Counted from the stretch's first letter, positions 45,341 through 59,220 are shown. The stretch: DNA of 64,000 bases from the human T2T-CHM13v2.0 reference genome, Homo sapiens (GCF_009914755.1 NC_060936.1), one strand, 5' to 3'. Notes: a model not told the origin generated them from the sequence alone. Translations and numbers: made by a program.

Positions 45341-46361
45341 TTATACTTTAAAGAGGTTCTGTTTTGATGTGTTTCCAGGATTTGTTTCAAGATTTAGAGC
45401 TCCTTTTAGCAGTTCTTGTAGTGGTGGCTTGGTAGTGGTAAATTCTCTCAGCATTTGTTTGTCTGAAAAAGACTGTATCTTCCCTTCATATATGAAGCTT
45501 AGTTTCACTGGATACAAAATTCTTGGCTGATAATTGTTTTGTTTGAGGAGGTTGAAGATAGGGCCTCCCCCCCTTCTAGCTTGTAGAACTTCTGCTGAGA
45601 AATCTGCTGTTAATCTGATAGGTTTTCCTCTATAGGTTACCTGGTGCTTTTGTCTCAAAGCTCTTAAGATTCTTTCCTTTGTCTTAACCTTGGATAACCA
45701 GATGACAATGTGCCTAAGTGATGATCTTTTTGTGATTAATTTCCAAGGTGTTCTTTGTGCTTCTTGTATTTGGATGTCTAGGTCTCTGGCAAGGCCAGGG
45801 AAGTTTTCCTCAGTTATTCCCCCAAATATGTTTTCCAAACTTTTAGATTTTTCTTCTTCCTCAAGAACACTGATTATTCTTAGGTTTGGCTGTTTAACAT
45901 AATCCCAGACTTCTCGGAGGCTTCGTTCATATTTTCTTATTGTTTTTTCTTTGTCTTTGTTGGATTGGGTTAATTCGAAGACCTTGTCTTTGAGCTCTGA
46001 ATTTCTTTCTTCCACTTATTCAATTCTATTACTGAGACTTTCCAGAGCAGTTTGCATTTCTATAGATGTGTCCATTGTTTCCTGACATTTTTATTGTTTT
46101 TTATTTATGCTATATATTTCCTTGAATATTTCTCCCTTCACTTCTTGTATCATTTTTTGGATTTCCTTATATTGGGTTTCGCCTTTCTCTGGTGCCTCCC
46201 TGATTAGCTTAATAACAAACCTCCTGCATTCTTTTTCAGATAAATCAGGGATTTCTTTTTGGTTCGAGTCCACCGCTGGTAAGCTAGTGTGATTTTTTTG
46301 GAGGTGTTAAAGAACCTAGTTTTGTCATATTACCAGAGTTGGTTTTCTGGTTCCTTCTCAT
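45341..46361 (-). pseudogene. L1PB ORF1 remnant
   Basis: ATG at 46361 (MRRNQKTNSGNMTK…), frameshifted; 224-aa open C-terminal part 45341-46015 with WDYVKQPNLR, ARR, YPVKLS. Confidence 0.85.
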
Positions 46362-47775
46362 TTGGGTAGGCTCTGTCAGAGGGAAGGTCTAGGGTTGAGA
46401 GCAGTTGTTTAGATTATTTTGTCCCATGGGGTGTTCCCTTGATGTAGTACTGTCCCCCTTTTCCTGTGGATGTGGCTTACTGAGAACCAAGTTGTAGTGA
46501 TTGTTATCTCTCTTCTGGATCTAGGTACCCAGCAAGTCTACCAGGCCCTGTGCTGGTACTGGGGGTTGTCTGTACAGAGTCCTGTGATGTGAACCATCTG
46601 TGGGTCTCTCAGCCACGGATACCAGCACCTGTTATGGTGGAGGTGGCAGGGGAGTGAAATGGACTCTGTGAGGGTTCTTAGCTTTGGTGGTTTAATGCCC
46701 AATTTTTGTGCTGATTGGCCTCCTGCCAGGAGGTGGCACTTTCCAAAGAGCATCAGCTGTGGTAGTATGGGGAGGAGCAGGTGGTGGGTGGAGCCCTAGA
46801 ACTCCCAAGAGCATATGTCCTTTGTCTTCAGCTAGCAGGGTGGGTAAGGAAGGACCACTGGGTGGGGGCAGGGCTAGCCACGTCTGAGCTCAGACTCTCC
46901 TTGGGCAGGTATTGCTGCGACTGCTGTGGGGGATGGAGTGAGGTTCCCAGGTCAACAGAGTTATGTTCCTAAGAGGATTATGGCTGTCTCTGCTGTGTCA
47001 TGCAGGTTGTCAGGGAAATGGGGGAAAGCCAGCAGTCACAGGCCTCACCCAGCTCCCAGGCAATCTGAAGGGCTGGTCTCACTCCCACTGTGCCCCCACC
47101 AACAGCACCAAGTCTGTTTTCAGGCAGTGGGTGAGCAGGGCTGAGAACTTGCCCCAGGCTACCCGCCTCTAAGCTGCAAAAGCAAATATGGCTTTCCTTC
47201 TTCCCCTACCTGTGGAGTCTGCACACTGGATTCACACCCTCCCCCAAGTTCTGGCCAGAAGGGCTCTTGAACAGTTCAAATTGTCACAAAGTTCAGCTGG
47301 AGATTTTCTTCTCCCTTTAGCCTTTGCTCAGCATCTCTGGCCACCCTCCCAAAGGACCCCTGTGAGGCTAGGCAAAAACAACTTGCTAGGGGGCCCAGCA
47401 AGCTCCCAGGGCTTTTCCCACTGCCTCTTCTACTCCTGCATTTTTCTTGGCTCTCCAAATTGACTCAGCTCCAGGTAAGATCAGAATCTTCTCCCGTAAT
47501 GTAAGCCTTCAGTGTTCCGAGTGGAGGTGTGTGTTTGGGGCCAGATGTTCTCCCTTTCTCACTTCCACAGTTTGAGCACTCACAGTATTTGTGGTGTCTC
47601 CCAGGTTCTGCAGAAGCCATCCGCTTCCTTCAGGGGGTCTGTGGGTCCTCTTGGGTTTCCTGATTTATTCCTGCAGTTGTTCTGGAGCAAAAATTCACAA
47701 TGCAAGCCTCCACACACTGCTCTGACCATCTGAGTTGGAGCTGCAATCTAGTCCTGCCTCCCATCCATATGATCC

Positions 47776-48008
47776 ATGATCACAAGGTAAAGTCCCACGA
47801 TAGGCTGTCTGCAAGTTGAGGAGCAAGGAAGCCGGTGGATCAGTCCAAGTCCCAAAACCTTAAAAGTGGGGAAGCTGACAGTGCAGCCTTCAGTCTGTGG
47901 CCAAAGGTCTGAGAGCCCCTGGCAAACCACTAGTGTAAATCCAAGAGTCCAAAAGCTGAAGAACTTGGAGTCTGATGTTCAAGGGCAGGAAGACTCAGCA
48001 AGTCTCTA
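47776..48008 (-). mobile_element. MLT2 (MLT2A2/MLT2B1-like, ERV-L LTR) internal fragment, co-oriented with the L1PB and inside its TSD
   Basis: Minus strand gacttgctgagtcttcctgcccttgaacatcagactccaag…gcagacagcctatcgtgggactttaccttgtgatcat; homologous to about 52459-52737 of the MLT2B LTR in this window. Confidence 0.85.
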
Positions 48009-48190
48009 AAATTGTGGAATGATTTTAGATTTGCAGAAAAGTTGCAAAGATAGTACAGAATTTCCATATACTTTCTCGCTTAGCTTTCTCTAATGTTAAC
48101 ATCTTACATAACCATGCTACATTTGTTGGAACTAAGAAATTATCATTGATACAATTATGATGAACTCAACTACAGATGTTATTCAGCTTG
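48009..48190 (-). mobile_element. L1MC4/5-like 3' end (target of the L1PB insertion)
   Basis: gattttagatttgcagaaaagttgcaaagatagtacagaa…ctaatgttaacatcttacataacc. Confidence 0.65.
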
Positions 48191-48425
48191 CAGAATGGTT
48201 TTTATTTGCAATTTTTCTTGTAACTTCTGATTTGATCATCTTTTTTAAGCCTCTATGGGGTTTTTGTTTGTCTGTTTATATTGCAGGTGGTTGAGTGTAG
48301 TTTCCAATTGTGTTGAGTTATGTATTAAACCACCTCTGCCCTTGACTGACACTGGGGACCCCAAGAACTTTGCCACTTTCTCCTCTGCTAATCTTCTGTA
48401 TTTTCAACTTCACCAGGTTTACTCT

Positions 48426-48805
48426 CCTTCCTTCCTTTTTTCCTCCCTCCCTCCCTCCCTCCCTTCCTTCCTTCCTTCCTTCCTTCTTTCCTTCCTCTCT
48501 CTCTCTCTCTCTCTCTGTTTTGTTTTGACACAGGATTTCACTTCTGTCACCCAGGTGGAGTGCTGCAGTGGCACGATTCTGGCTCACTGCAACCTCCACC
48601 TCCTGGCCTGAAGTGATTCTCCTGTCTCCCAAGTAGCTGGGACTACAGGTGCACACCACTTCGCTTGGCTATTTTTTTCTGTTTTGGTAGAAACGGGGTT
48701 TTGTCACATTGCCCAGGCTGGTCTCGAACTCCTGAGCTCAGGTGATCCAGCCGCCTTGGCCTCCCAAAGTGCTGAGATTACAGGTGTGAGTGGCCATGCC
48801 TGGCC
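48426..48805 (-). mobile_element. AluJb-like with (TCCC/TTCC/TC)n expanded tail
   Basis: Antisense Alu about 48517-48805; degenerate TSD caacttcaccagg/caacctcaccgg. Confidence 0.85.
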
Positions 48806-49448
48806 AACCTCACCGGATTTCTTTACATGAATTTCAATCTTGTGATTCAACTTGGTTGCTCTGCCTCTGCTTTTAGCTATTTCTTCTTAACAAAATTTGT
48901 AGCCCGACTCAGAACTCAAAAGTTCTGAGCCTCAGTTTCTGCATGTCACATTGGTTTTCCTTCAGGACATATTTTATAATGGGAATTTAATTGTCCCTCT
49001 AGCTTGACCCTAAGGTTATTGTGTTCTTATCATAAGATTATACTCTTACTGTACTTATCTCAGTAATCACAGTTCATAGGAAGGACCCAAATCTCCTGCT
49101 CTGACAATTGATTTTCCCCATTTTATGGAGGATGTAGAAACCTAAAGTAATTGGTTCAGAATTACATAGCACATAACTGGAAAATTAAAAGACCCAGGGA
49201 ACGAGGGAGAACTGGGTATCTAGGTATTCTTTAGTTGTTAGGACAAGTGCAGGTTAAAATAAAAAAAAAAACAACAGAAATCAAACATCATGGAAAGGTA
49301 TGTTTCAGAAAAGAGCTTAAAAGTCTTTTCCCTGCCAAATGTCAGAAACACTTTAATCCACATTTGGAAAGGAATGCTGTCATTAGTTACAGCATTTGAC
49401 CAGGCAAAACAAGTATTAAAATCAGACTTAACATGTCTGAAACAAATT

Positions 49449-49562
49449 TCCTTCCTTCCTTCCTTCCTTCGATTTTTTCTTTCCTTTCTTTCCTTTCCTC
49501 TGTCTTTGTTTCTTTCTCTCTCTCTCTCTCCTTCCTTCCTTCCTTCCTTTCCTCCTTTTTTC
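49449..49562. repeat. (TTCC)n/(TC)n polypyrimidine microsatellite
   Basis: Direct reading. Confidence 0.9.
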
Positions 49563-49960
49563 TGAAACAAGTCCCTTATCTTACCTTCCTGATTTATTAC
49601 TGGATCTGCTGTATTCCCGGGCACCCACCTAGGAAACTCAGTGTCACCTTTTATTCTCTCCACACTGACATACAAACCAATTGCCAAGTCCTGCCAATTT
49701 TGCCTCTTCTGCTCTCATTTTTACTCTTGTCTTTCCATTTTTACTGTCATCATTTTTGTGCTTAGGTGATCTCATAAACCTGTTGATCTATGTGTTCCTA
49801 CTATACATGTGGACAGATTAGGTTCTGATAGACAGTAACTGTCAGGCCTCTAATTTGCTCAGAAACTTCAATGACATTCCCATACCTACTGAGATCAGAA
49901 TAGACTCCTTCCTCTGGCATTTGAGCTCCTCCATCCTCATGGCCCACTTTTCCAGTTTTA

Positions 49961-50244
49961 TCTTTTTTTGAGACGGGTCTCACTCTGTTGCCCAAGCTGA
50001 AGTGCAGTGGCATGATCTTGGCTCACTGTAGCCTTCACCTCCTGGGCTCAAGCCATCCTCCTGCCTCCGCTTCCTGAGTATTTGGGACTATAGGCATGTG
50101 TACTACCATGTCCAGCTAATTTTTGTAATTTTTGTAGAGATGGGGTTTTGCCATGTTGCCTAGGCTGGTCCTGAGCTCAAGCGATCTGTCCACCTCGACC
50201 TCCTAAAGTGCCGGGATTACAGATGTGCAGTACCTCACCTGGCT
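49961..50244 (-). mobile_element. AluJ
   Basis: Antisense J-type Alu embedded in L2-like sequence. Confidence 0.85.
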
Positions 50245-50505
50245 GTAGTTTTTAGCTATTATTATTCCTTTACCATGTACACCATGAATCAACCATGCTA
50301 GTTTATGTTTTTCCTTGAACATATACTGCCACCAGCATCTTAGCATATGCAGTTTCTTCTGCTTGGAAGGGTTCCTCTATTCCCACTCCTAATCTGCGCT
50401 TGTTGGCATACAATATATCAAGCGTTGGCAAATTATAGCCTAAAGGCCAAATAAAGTCTTATTTGAACATAACTACACCCATTCATTTAAGTATATAGTC
50501 CTTTT

Positions 50506-50797
<292 letters not shown>

Positions 50798-52248
50798 AAG
50801 TATATAGTCCTTTATAGAACATGGGTGCTAAACTCTGAAATACATCCTTAGCCAATATTGATTTCTCTGTGTATCCAATTCAACATGTTTCAGCAAAAAA
50901 TTGTTGTGTTCCTACCATGTGGTAAATGTACAAAATCAGAAAAGTTATGGCCCTTCACTCAAGGGGCTCACCACGTGAAAGTGATGACACAATTATAAAA
51001 CTATACAATTCCTCTACAATATACCAAGTAGATGAATAGCAATCCATAGATGAGATACCTGTTAGCACAGAATAGGGAGTGGTGAACATTTTGGAGGGGA
51101 TGAAATGCTAGGAAACAGATGATTAATAGCTGAGGGGGATTGGAAATTATATATAGAAGTTTATCAAGGTGACAAAGGGTTAAAGACACTCCAGAGGAAC
51201 AGCATGTACAAAAGGGTTGGACATAACCATGCGTTCTCTTTAGGGAACCTCAGGTGGGCCCTTACAAAAGCAAAATGGAAAGAGGATGGGCTTGGAGGCA
51301 GACTAACCTGGATTTGAATCCTGGCTCTCATGCAGATTAACTGGGTGACTTTGAGCAAGTCTTCAGATTCTTTTAGCCCATTTTCTTTTCTAGCAGTATT
51401 TACATGAATTAACTGATATGACATAATTGAAACATTATGGCACATCATTTGACATAAAAAATGGCGACAAAAAAAAATTATTGTAGTTCTCATCAGTATG
51501 TAGCAAAACAAAAAAGTTTACATAGGTTAGCATGAGACAGAAAGAGTAGAGAGAAAGGCACGCAGGCCTCAAAATAAAAAGACAGCTGTTTTTTCCTCGG
51601 TATCTCATGGTCTCTATTGTTCCAACCATACCTGTTCCTTCCTGCATTATACATAGTGGTATGCTGATCTAATCCTTTCTTTCCTGTGAACTCCTGGAGG
51701 GAAGGGACCTTTCCTTATTCTTCTCTGTGTCTCTCAAAGTGCTTAGCACTGTGTCATGTATAGAGCAGGCCTCTAATGAATATTTGCTGAATTTTTAAAC
51801 CTTAGATTATGAAAGTCACTTTCACAGTAATCAACCCATTCTTTTCTATGAAATTGAGACTGAGTTGTAAGGTGTTTCATTGATTTGAGCTTTCCCAGAT
51901 TGATGATCCCAATTCTAACTTGTAGATTCCAAGAAGTGGCATTTGTTCGTGTTTCTTCTCTCTTTCCCTCACTCTCTCATTCAGGTTCACTTTTCCCTTT
52001 TAGAAACGTCCTTCAGCCTCCCTCCCGGTGGCCACTGCTCTTGCAGGCGTGGCTTCTATTTATTGTTACATTCACACCAAATTGCTCAGGATTTGTATCA
52101 GACCTTTTTCTGATAGGCTTGTGGGAAGGAAAATTAGAATAAACAGGAGCGGATTATTTTAGGTCTTGAGAGGAAGACAGTATGTTTTTGAATCCTTCCA
52201 CAAAAGCAAGCCTCATCTGCCATATATATAAGGTCAGTGCTATGGGTC

Positions 52249-52822
52249 ACTGATAGTTAACACAGATGTCAACTTGACTGGATTGAGGGATGACTAGATG
52301 GCTGGTGAGGCACTGTTTCTGGGTGTATCTTGAAAGGTATTGCCAGATATTTGAGTCAGTGGAAGGGTAGAGGAAGACCCACCCTCCAAGGGCGTGGGCA
52401 CCATCCAATTGGCTGCTAACACAGATAGAGCAAAGCAGATAGAAGAAGGGATAAGCAGCTTGCTGAGTCTTCTTACTTTCTCTGTCTCTTCCCAAACGAG
52501 ACCCTTGCTTCCTCTCCTCCTGCCCTTGGACATCAGACTCCAGGTTCTTCAGCCTTTGGATTCTGGGACTTGCACCAGGGGCCTTCCTGGGACTTTTGGG
52601 CCTTTGGCCTCATACTGAGGGCTGCGCTGTCAGCTTTTCTGGTTTGAGGTTTTTGGTCTTGGAATGAGCTATGCTATGGGCTTCTCTCTTTCCCCAGCTC
52701 GCAGACGGCCTGTCTTGGGACTTTGCCTTGTAATTGTATGAACCAATTCTCTCTATAAACTCCCTTTTGTATATACATATATCCTATTGGTTCTGTCCCT
52801 GTGGAGAACCCTGACTAAAACA
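52249..52822 (+). mobile_element. MLT2B-type (ERV-L) solo LTR
   Basis: tgatagttaa…tgtcaacttgactggattga…ggagaaccctgactaaaaca; 5-bp TSD GGGTC at 52244-52248 and 52823-52827. Confidence 0.85.
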
Positions 52823-53189
52823 GGGTCCTAGAAAGAACACAACTCATAATTATAGAGTAATATTATAGCTGTCATATACTGAAAGCTTTCTATGTGGTAG
52901 ACACTTTGTGTAAGTTACGTTCATCCCTGATAACACCAATGCAAGTTACTATTCCACTTTACAGATGGGAACCTGAGGCTCAGAAAGGTAAGACAGCTTT
53001 CACTAGTCCACACAGGCTAAGGGGCAGAGCCCAGCTCTGTTTACTTTTCCAGGGTTCCTGACAATGCCCTTTGATTGCCCTGCAGCTGGGAAGGAAATAA
53101 GCTAATCTTTTAGGCTTCAGCTCTCTGCTGCGCATTCCTCCTTTCCAGCATTTTCCATGATGGTTTTCCTTGGAATACTGGCCTGAAAG

Positions 53190-54181
53190 CAAGGCTAACT
53201 ACATAATTTGATGAGACCAGTGCAAAATAAAAACACAGCTCTTTGTTGAAAAAGCCGGAAAAAAAAACTACCCTCTTTAAAGTTATCAAAATATAAAACC
53301 TTTTCCATTATTCTGTCTTTTCTCTTGACTTATCATGGTTTATTATTTAATGTCATTCTAAGTAAAGAAAAATTAAAATTTTAAATTATTAGCATAAATT
53401 TTGCTGTTCATTTTTATATCGTGTGATGCCAGTTTTGAATGCAAATGCAAGAGCATATGCAGAATTACTGAAATGACACAATTTCTATTTTGCAGCTTGT
53501 ATATGCATATGTATTTTGTTCTTTCCACAAGAGAGGAAAGGCTGCCCTGTTTTTATTTCCCTTCCTGATATAGTCACAATTCTACCAATACTCTCTATAT
53601 CTGGCTTATTGATGAGTAAGAAGGACTGAAAGGAGAAGAAACTATGGCTTGAGACATATTCCCCTTTCCTTCCACATCGTTTTTGGCAAAAGTAGCTAAT
53701 ACAGGGAAGTCACATGGGTAAGAAATCATATCATAGGATTCCCAGATTGCCAACATTTCTTAGAATTCACTTGCCTTCTTTTTCTGTTCAAAGCACACTC
53801 TGGTTCAGACAGAAAGTGTGGGCTTTTGGGGCTGTCAGTATCCTCAGCTTACTCAGTTTTAAATGTTATCTCATACTCACTTTCCGTCTTGCTGATCTTG
53901 CCTGCTTCATGGGACCACCAGAATTATGTTTACAGGGCATCACAAACACTCTATGAGAGTAGAGTGGCAAGCAATGGCAGACACATATATTGTGCCTGTC
54001 TTCTCTGTTCATGTGCATGCTCCATTGTCTCATGAGACTCCACTTGCAAAACACCAAGGTGTACAATAAAATTATTGAGAGTTTCAAGTTGACGACACTA
54101 GAGCATTAAATCAAGCAAGTAGCCCCTTGAGCACAGGCCCTGGGTGACTGTGTAGGTCATATACCCATGAAGCTGGCCCTG
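53190..54181 (-). mobile_element. MER45B/C hAT-Tip100 DNA transposon fossil
   Basis: Ends match MER45 termini (ctacataattt…ccagtgcaaaat; cccatgaagctggccctg); about 1 kb. Confidence 0.7.
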
Positions 54182-54372
54182 CCTGGGTGATGTTAAGAGG
54201 TTGGCTCTAGGAGGAAGATTCTACAAGCCAAACTGTGAAAACTTCCTCTGATCTCTTATCACACTTAACCACTTACCAACTTTCTCTCACAGACTTTCTC
54301 TCACCACTGGGCTCTTTCAACAGATCCCAGTTGAAAATCTTCAACTCAATCAGGCTTTGAGAAGCAAAGGAC

Positions 54373-54682
54373 AGCCTGGCATGCTGGCTTACACCTGTAA
54401 TCCCAGCACTTTTGGGGACTGAGGCGTGTGGATTGCCTGAGGTCAGGAGTTCGAGACCACCCTGGCCAACATGGCGAAACACTGTCTCTACCAAAAATAC
54501 AAAAACTAGCTGGACGTTGTGGCATGCACCTGTAATCCCAGCTACTCAGGAGGCTGAGGCAGGAGAATCACTTGAACCTGGGAGGCAAAGGTTGCAGGGA
54601 GCTGAGATTGCACCACTGTACTCCAGCATGGGCGACAGAGCGAGACTCCATCCCCTCGAAAAAAAAAAAGCAGCAAAAAAAA
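54373..54682 (+). mobile_element. AluS
   Basis: Dimeric Alu with A tail. Confidence 0.88.
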
Positions 54683-55329
54683 TTTCAATGATAGAAAGAA
54701 ATCCAGTTGCTTAAAACTCTATTCTTTGCCTTGTGTGCATTTTCCTTTTGTTTTTATTCAATATTCAGCAAGGATTGGCCAAGTAGCTTCTGCTATGAGG
54801 GAGATCTCTTTTAGGAATGAGAGTATACAAAAGTAAAGATGTTATATCTCTGACCTCGAGACAGCCATGGTCTGCTGCCTTCTGACACTGACACTTTGTA
54901 CTAAATGTGTAATTTAAATTAAAAAATGTTCCAGGCAGCTCCCTCATTTTGCTCCTTTTTATCCCAGCAGTGTGGTTTCTGAGATAAATGTGAGGGCAGG
55001 TGCCCTAGGGTCATTTTCCTAGATTAGCCCTCCATGCTCTCTCTTTAAGAAGTGATTTTTTAACACAAACTGCACCCTATATTTAAGTAAATAAGGTACT
55101 CTCCTTAATCTTGAATGCTTGGCCAAAATTTTCAAAACTCTCTAACTATGGCTTTCTAACTTATTTCCAGATTTAACCTCAAAGAATTATACAAGGTTTC
55201 AAGTGTCTGTGGCTTCTCCTATTTCCCTTAACTCCTAGTCAACCATTTCACTGCATTGAACTTCTCTTATCTTGCCTTTTTAACTCCTTTTCTTAAGAGC
55301 ATTCTTTTTTCATTTGTTCAAGAAACACT

Positions 55330-55610
55330 TTTTTAAAAAATTGTTTTAACTGACACAATAATTGTACATGTTTATGGAGTAGTGATGTTTCTATACATAT
55401 AATGTATAGTGATCAGATCAGGATACTTAGCATATCCATCAGCTCAAACATTTATCATTTTTTTGTGTTGGAAATATTTAATCCCCTCCTTTCAGCTATT
55501 TGAAGCTGTATGTTATTATTAACTATAGTCCTCCTATGGTGTTATAGAACACTAGCATTTATTCCTTCTGTCTAACTTTTTATCCTTTAATGAATCTCTC
55601 CCCATTCCCC
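55330..55610 (-). mobile_element. L1MA-type 3' end fragment
   Basis: actgacacaataattgtacatgtttatgg…gtatagtgatcagatcagg…catttatcatttttttgtgttgg. Confidence 0.7.
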
Positions 55611-55920
55611 CGACTTTAGAGCATGTTTTTATCTCAGGGCTGAGGGTGGTGAGCACTTCCACTTCTACACTGGAATTTGCAAAAGATCAGCCATGAATGG
55701 TTATAGGTCTGTAGACACTTTAATATCACTACTGAGGTGACAGTTCCATTTTAAAGATGCTGGATTGGAAAATTATAGCTAAAATGACACTCTTTCCTGG
55801 AGTAGTGATGAAATTAGTGATGGGAGAGGGAAGAAATTACTCTTTGTTTAAAATCACTTTGTCTGCGACTTGGGAAATGGGATTATCATCAATTCTGCTT
55901 AATCATGGCCAAAGTTCTAT

Positions 55921-56219
55921 TTATTTATTTATTTAGAGACAGAGTCTGGCTCTATCACCCAGGTTGGAGTGCAGTCACCTGAATCTCAGCTCCCTGCAAT
56001 CTCTGCCTCCTGGGTTCAAGCAGTTCTCCTGCCTCAACCACCCGAGTAGCTGGGACTACAAGCACGTGCCACCATGTCCAGCTAATTTTTATATTTTTTG
56101 GTAGAGATGGGGTTTCACCATGTTGGTCAGGCTGGTCTCAAACTCCTGGCCTGAAGCTATCTACCCACCTCAGCCTCCCAAAGTGCTGGGATTACAGGTG
56201 TCAGCCAGTGTGCCCGACC
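55921..56219 (-). mobile_element. Alu (J/S)
   Basis: TSD caaagttctat at 55910-55920 and 56221-56231. Confidence 0.88.
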
Positions 56220-56455
56220 ACAAAGTTCTATGTATTGCTTATTAGTCATACATCCATTCACGCATTCATCTATTATTTCAACAGTTTCTTACAGGTTTAC
56301 CCTGTGTCAGTTATTGTACTAAGCTCTGAGAATACAACAGTAAAAAAGACACGGCCCCTGCCCTCTAGGGAGTCCTCACAATGTAAAGGTAATGTAATAT
56401 AAGAAGAATATGGGAAAGGCAGCAAATCTGTTCATGAGGAAGATTAGGGAAGATG

Positions 56456-56591
56456 GTGTTTTCTGGTTTTCTACAGAGATGAGGTCTTGCCATGTTGCCC
56501 AAAGTGGTCTTAAACTCCTGGGCTCAAGCAATCCTCCTGCCGTGGCTTCTTAAAGTGCTGGGATTACAGGCATGAATCACTGCACTGGACC
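56456..56591 (-). mobile_element. FLAM monomer
   Basis: Single left monomer; TSD ttagggaagatg on both sides. Confidence 0.8.
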
Positions 56592-59219
56592 TTAGGGAAG
56601 ATGTTCTGAAACAAAAAAATAGCTTAGCATCTTGATCACTGGTTTTCAAATTTTAGGGAACTCTTTAATTCTATAGCTGTAAAGCAGCCAAGAATCTTCA
56701 TGTTACACAACTATCACAGGTGATTCTAATGCAGAGGTCTTCAGAGTACTCTTCAAAAAAAAAATGTATCTTAGCTGCATTGTATTCCTGTATGTGTTAT
56801 TCCTGAAAACCAAAATGCAGTATTATTTTCTTTTTGCAATGAGAAGCATAATTTGATAACTGCATTACAGAGAAAACCATCAGTCAGTTTTATTTTCCTC
56901 CCATAAAAAGAGTGTGAGATTTTTGTCATGATGTTCAACAATCATTTGTTGAGCTATCAAAGGGTTTGGCCCAAGACCCACCATTACTGTGAAGATTTGA
57001 GCCATGCCAATGGTCAAAAATATTTTTGTAGAAAAGAGTCATGAATTTTCTTGAGAATTTGAAAATGGATACATAAGAGAATGCATATAATTGTAATAAA
57101 TAAATAGCATATGGATTTAGAGCACATTCACTTTAACAGAAAATTTCACTCCATTTCCTTAGCTTAGTAATTATTTCTCTAAAGATGTAGGTGTTTAGCA
57201 ACATTTTAAAGAACTGGTTTTTAAAACACTGAAGCTGACATTTTTGAATTAACATTTTATTAGAACACAACCTAATTTATAAATCTGAACCATGAAGGAC
57301 CCAGCAGATAATTATAGTCTTGAAGGCGCTTCTAATCTACCTTAATGGTATTATATCAACCAATCAACCAGGGACCATGTTTAAATTTTTAAACAGCCAT
57401 TAAACAATTAAACAGCATAACAAATTATGTTTTGGATAACTGTCACAGCCTAATTTTTTGAGCATTCTTTAAAAAAAAAACTATAAATGGTTCATTAGAG
57501 GTACTTCTGAAGCCAAAAATGCTAATGCAAGTCACATGGAAATCCTAAAAGGAACTTGGCATGAAACAGGGAAGGAACTTGCTGCTGGAAATAGCAGATT
57601 AAACAAAAACTTAATCAATGTAGCTATAACTGAAGCGTATGTACTTAGACACAGCAGACTTTTACGGTAAACACACTAATGGTCTAACGTTCTATGTTCA
57701 CATCAATTTTATATGCTTTCATAAATGCCTTTGTTTAACCAATTTTATGATCAATTAAACTATACCTTGCTATGCCACGAATAAAAAGAGAACTTCGTGA
57801 GTTTTAAAACACCAGGCCAAGTGCTGCAGAAAAAAAATATTAATCTTTGCATCCTATATCCTATCTTTGTTGACACAAATTCCTTTGTCCTACAACTGAA
57901 AGAAAACAGTTAGATGTTTTATAGTGATTGCCACTGTGCCTGTTTCATGGTGTATTTTTTCCTGAGCTGTGTTTGAGAAATTTTAAGGTGGTGCTTATTA
58001 TTTCCTTCTTGGATTCCATTATTCTGTGTTCCAAGTAACATTACGTATTCATTAAATCCCAACATTTATGTGATGAAGATTTTATCACATTCTCTGCATT
58101 GCTTGTTCTTTTTTGGTGTTTTAAAAATACTGTTTTTCCGTTTACATGACTTTAATTCAATCCCACATAATAAAATCATCTTTGGCTGAGAGGGTATAAA
58201 GGCAAAATTCCTATAATCACACAAGACTATACATTTTATATGGCAGGCCTAACTGTACTTTTTAGGAAATAAAATGTTCTGGGGTTCTTTATTTTGAGGT
58301 TGAGCCAGATGGGAACATGGCCCAAGGAATCTAGAAAGAATTAAATCTGAAATGCTTAATCAGCTTCAAGTCTGTTTACCAGCATTGAAGCTCAACTGAA
58401 AAATAAACCCTAGTTGCAGGAACGTGAAATTTATTACACCAGTTCAATCAAAACAGTTGCTTAATTCAGTGACTATTTCAGTTAAATCATTTATGTGACT
58501 GGGCTAGAAGGCAGAGATTGAAGCAATAGGTGTCAGTGAACTTTGTTTCTGGTTCCAGTTGCCACTACCAGTTGTGTGGCTTTGGGAAAAGCATGTCACC
58601 TCTTTGTGCCTCCATTTTCATAAAATGACAGGTATGACATCCAGTAATCCCTAACATCTCTCCTAGATGGAAAATTCAATAAATCATTTAAAGCTGTTAT
58701 TCTATTAGCATCATTAAAAGGCAAATCAGAAAAGAGGATACTGAGAAAGGACATCAAAGACCTTAGCCTGTTGACATGGATCTACTCCTTCTGGTATAAA
58801 CTATTGACTTATCCCAGACCACAAAGCTTACTCATTCATGGGTTGACATCTTCGCAACATCCTCGGGTTAGGGATGAAATGAAACCTACTCCAACCTTTC
58901 TAAAGCAAATATACAAGACCTCATAGTGTAGCCGTTTTAAAACATTAGATTCATACCTGGGAGTGCGCCAGTGCTGTAGCCTCTTCCTCCCTGGGAGTAT
59001 TGCAAAGGTAAACAAAAAATAAACAAGATAAATGGAGGATATGGGAGGGTGAGGGGAAACGCAGGAGAGTAGCTCTAATTACCATCTGCAAATGTGCATA
59101 TATCTGCAGGTGCCAGGGTCTATGAATTCAAAATCTCCATAACCAATCAACCAAAAGGAGAACATTTTCACACATAACATGTGAAAACCATATTACACTT
59201 ACATTTTTAGCTTGTCTTG

Positions 59220-59220
<1 letters not shown>

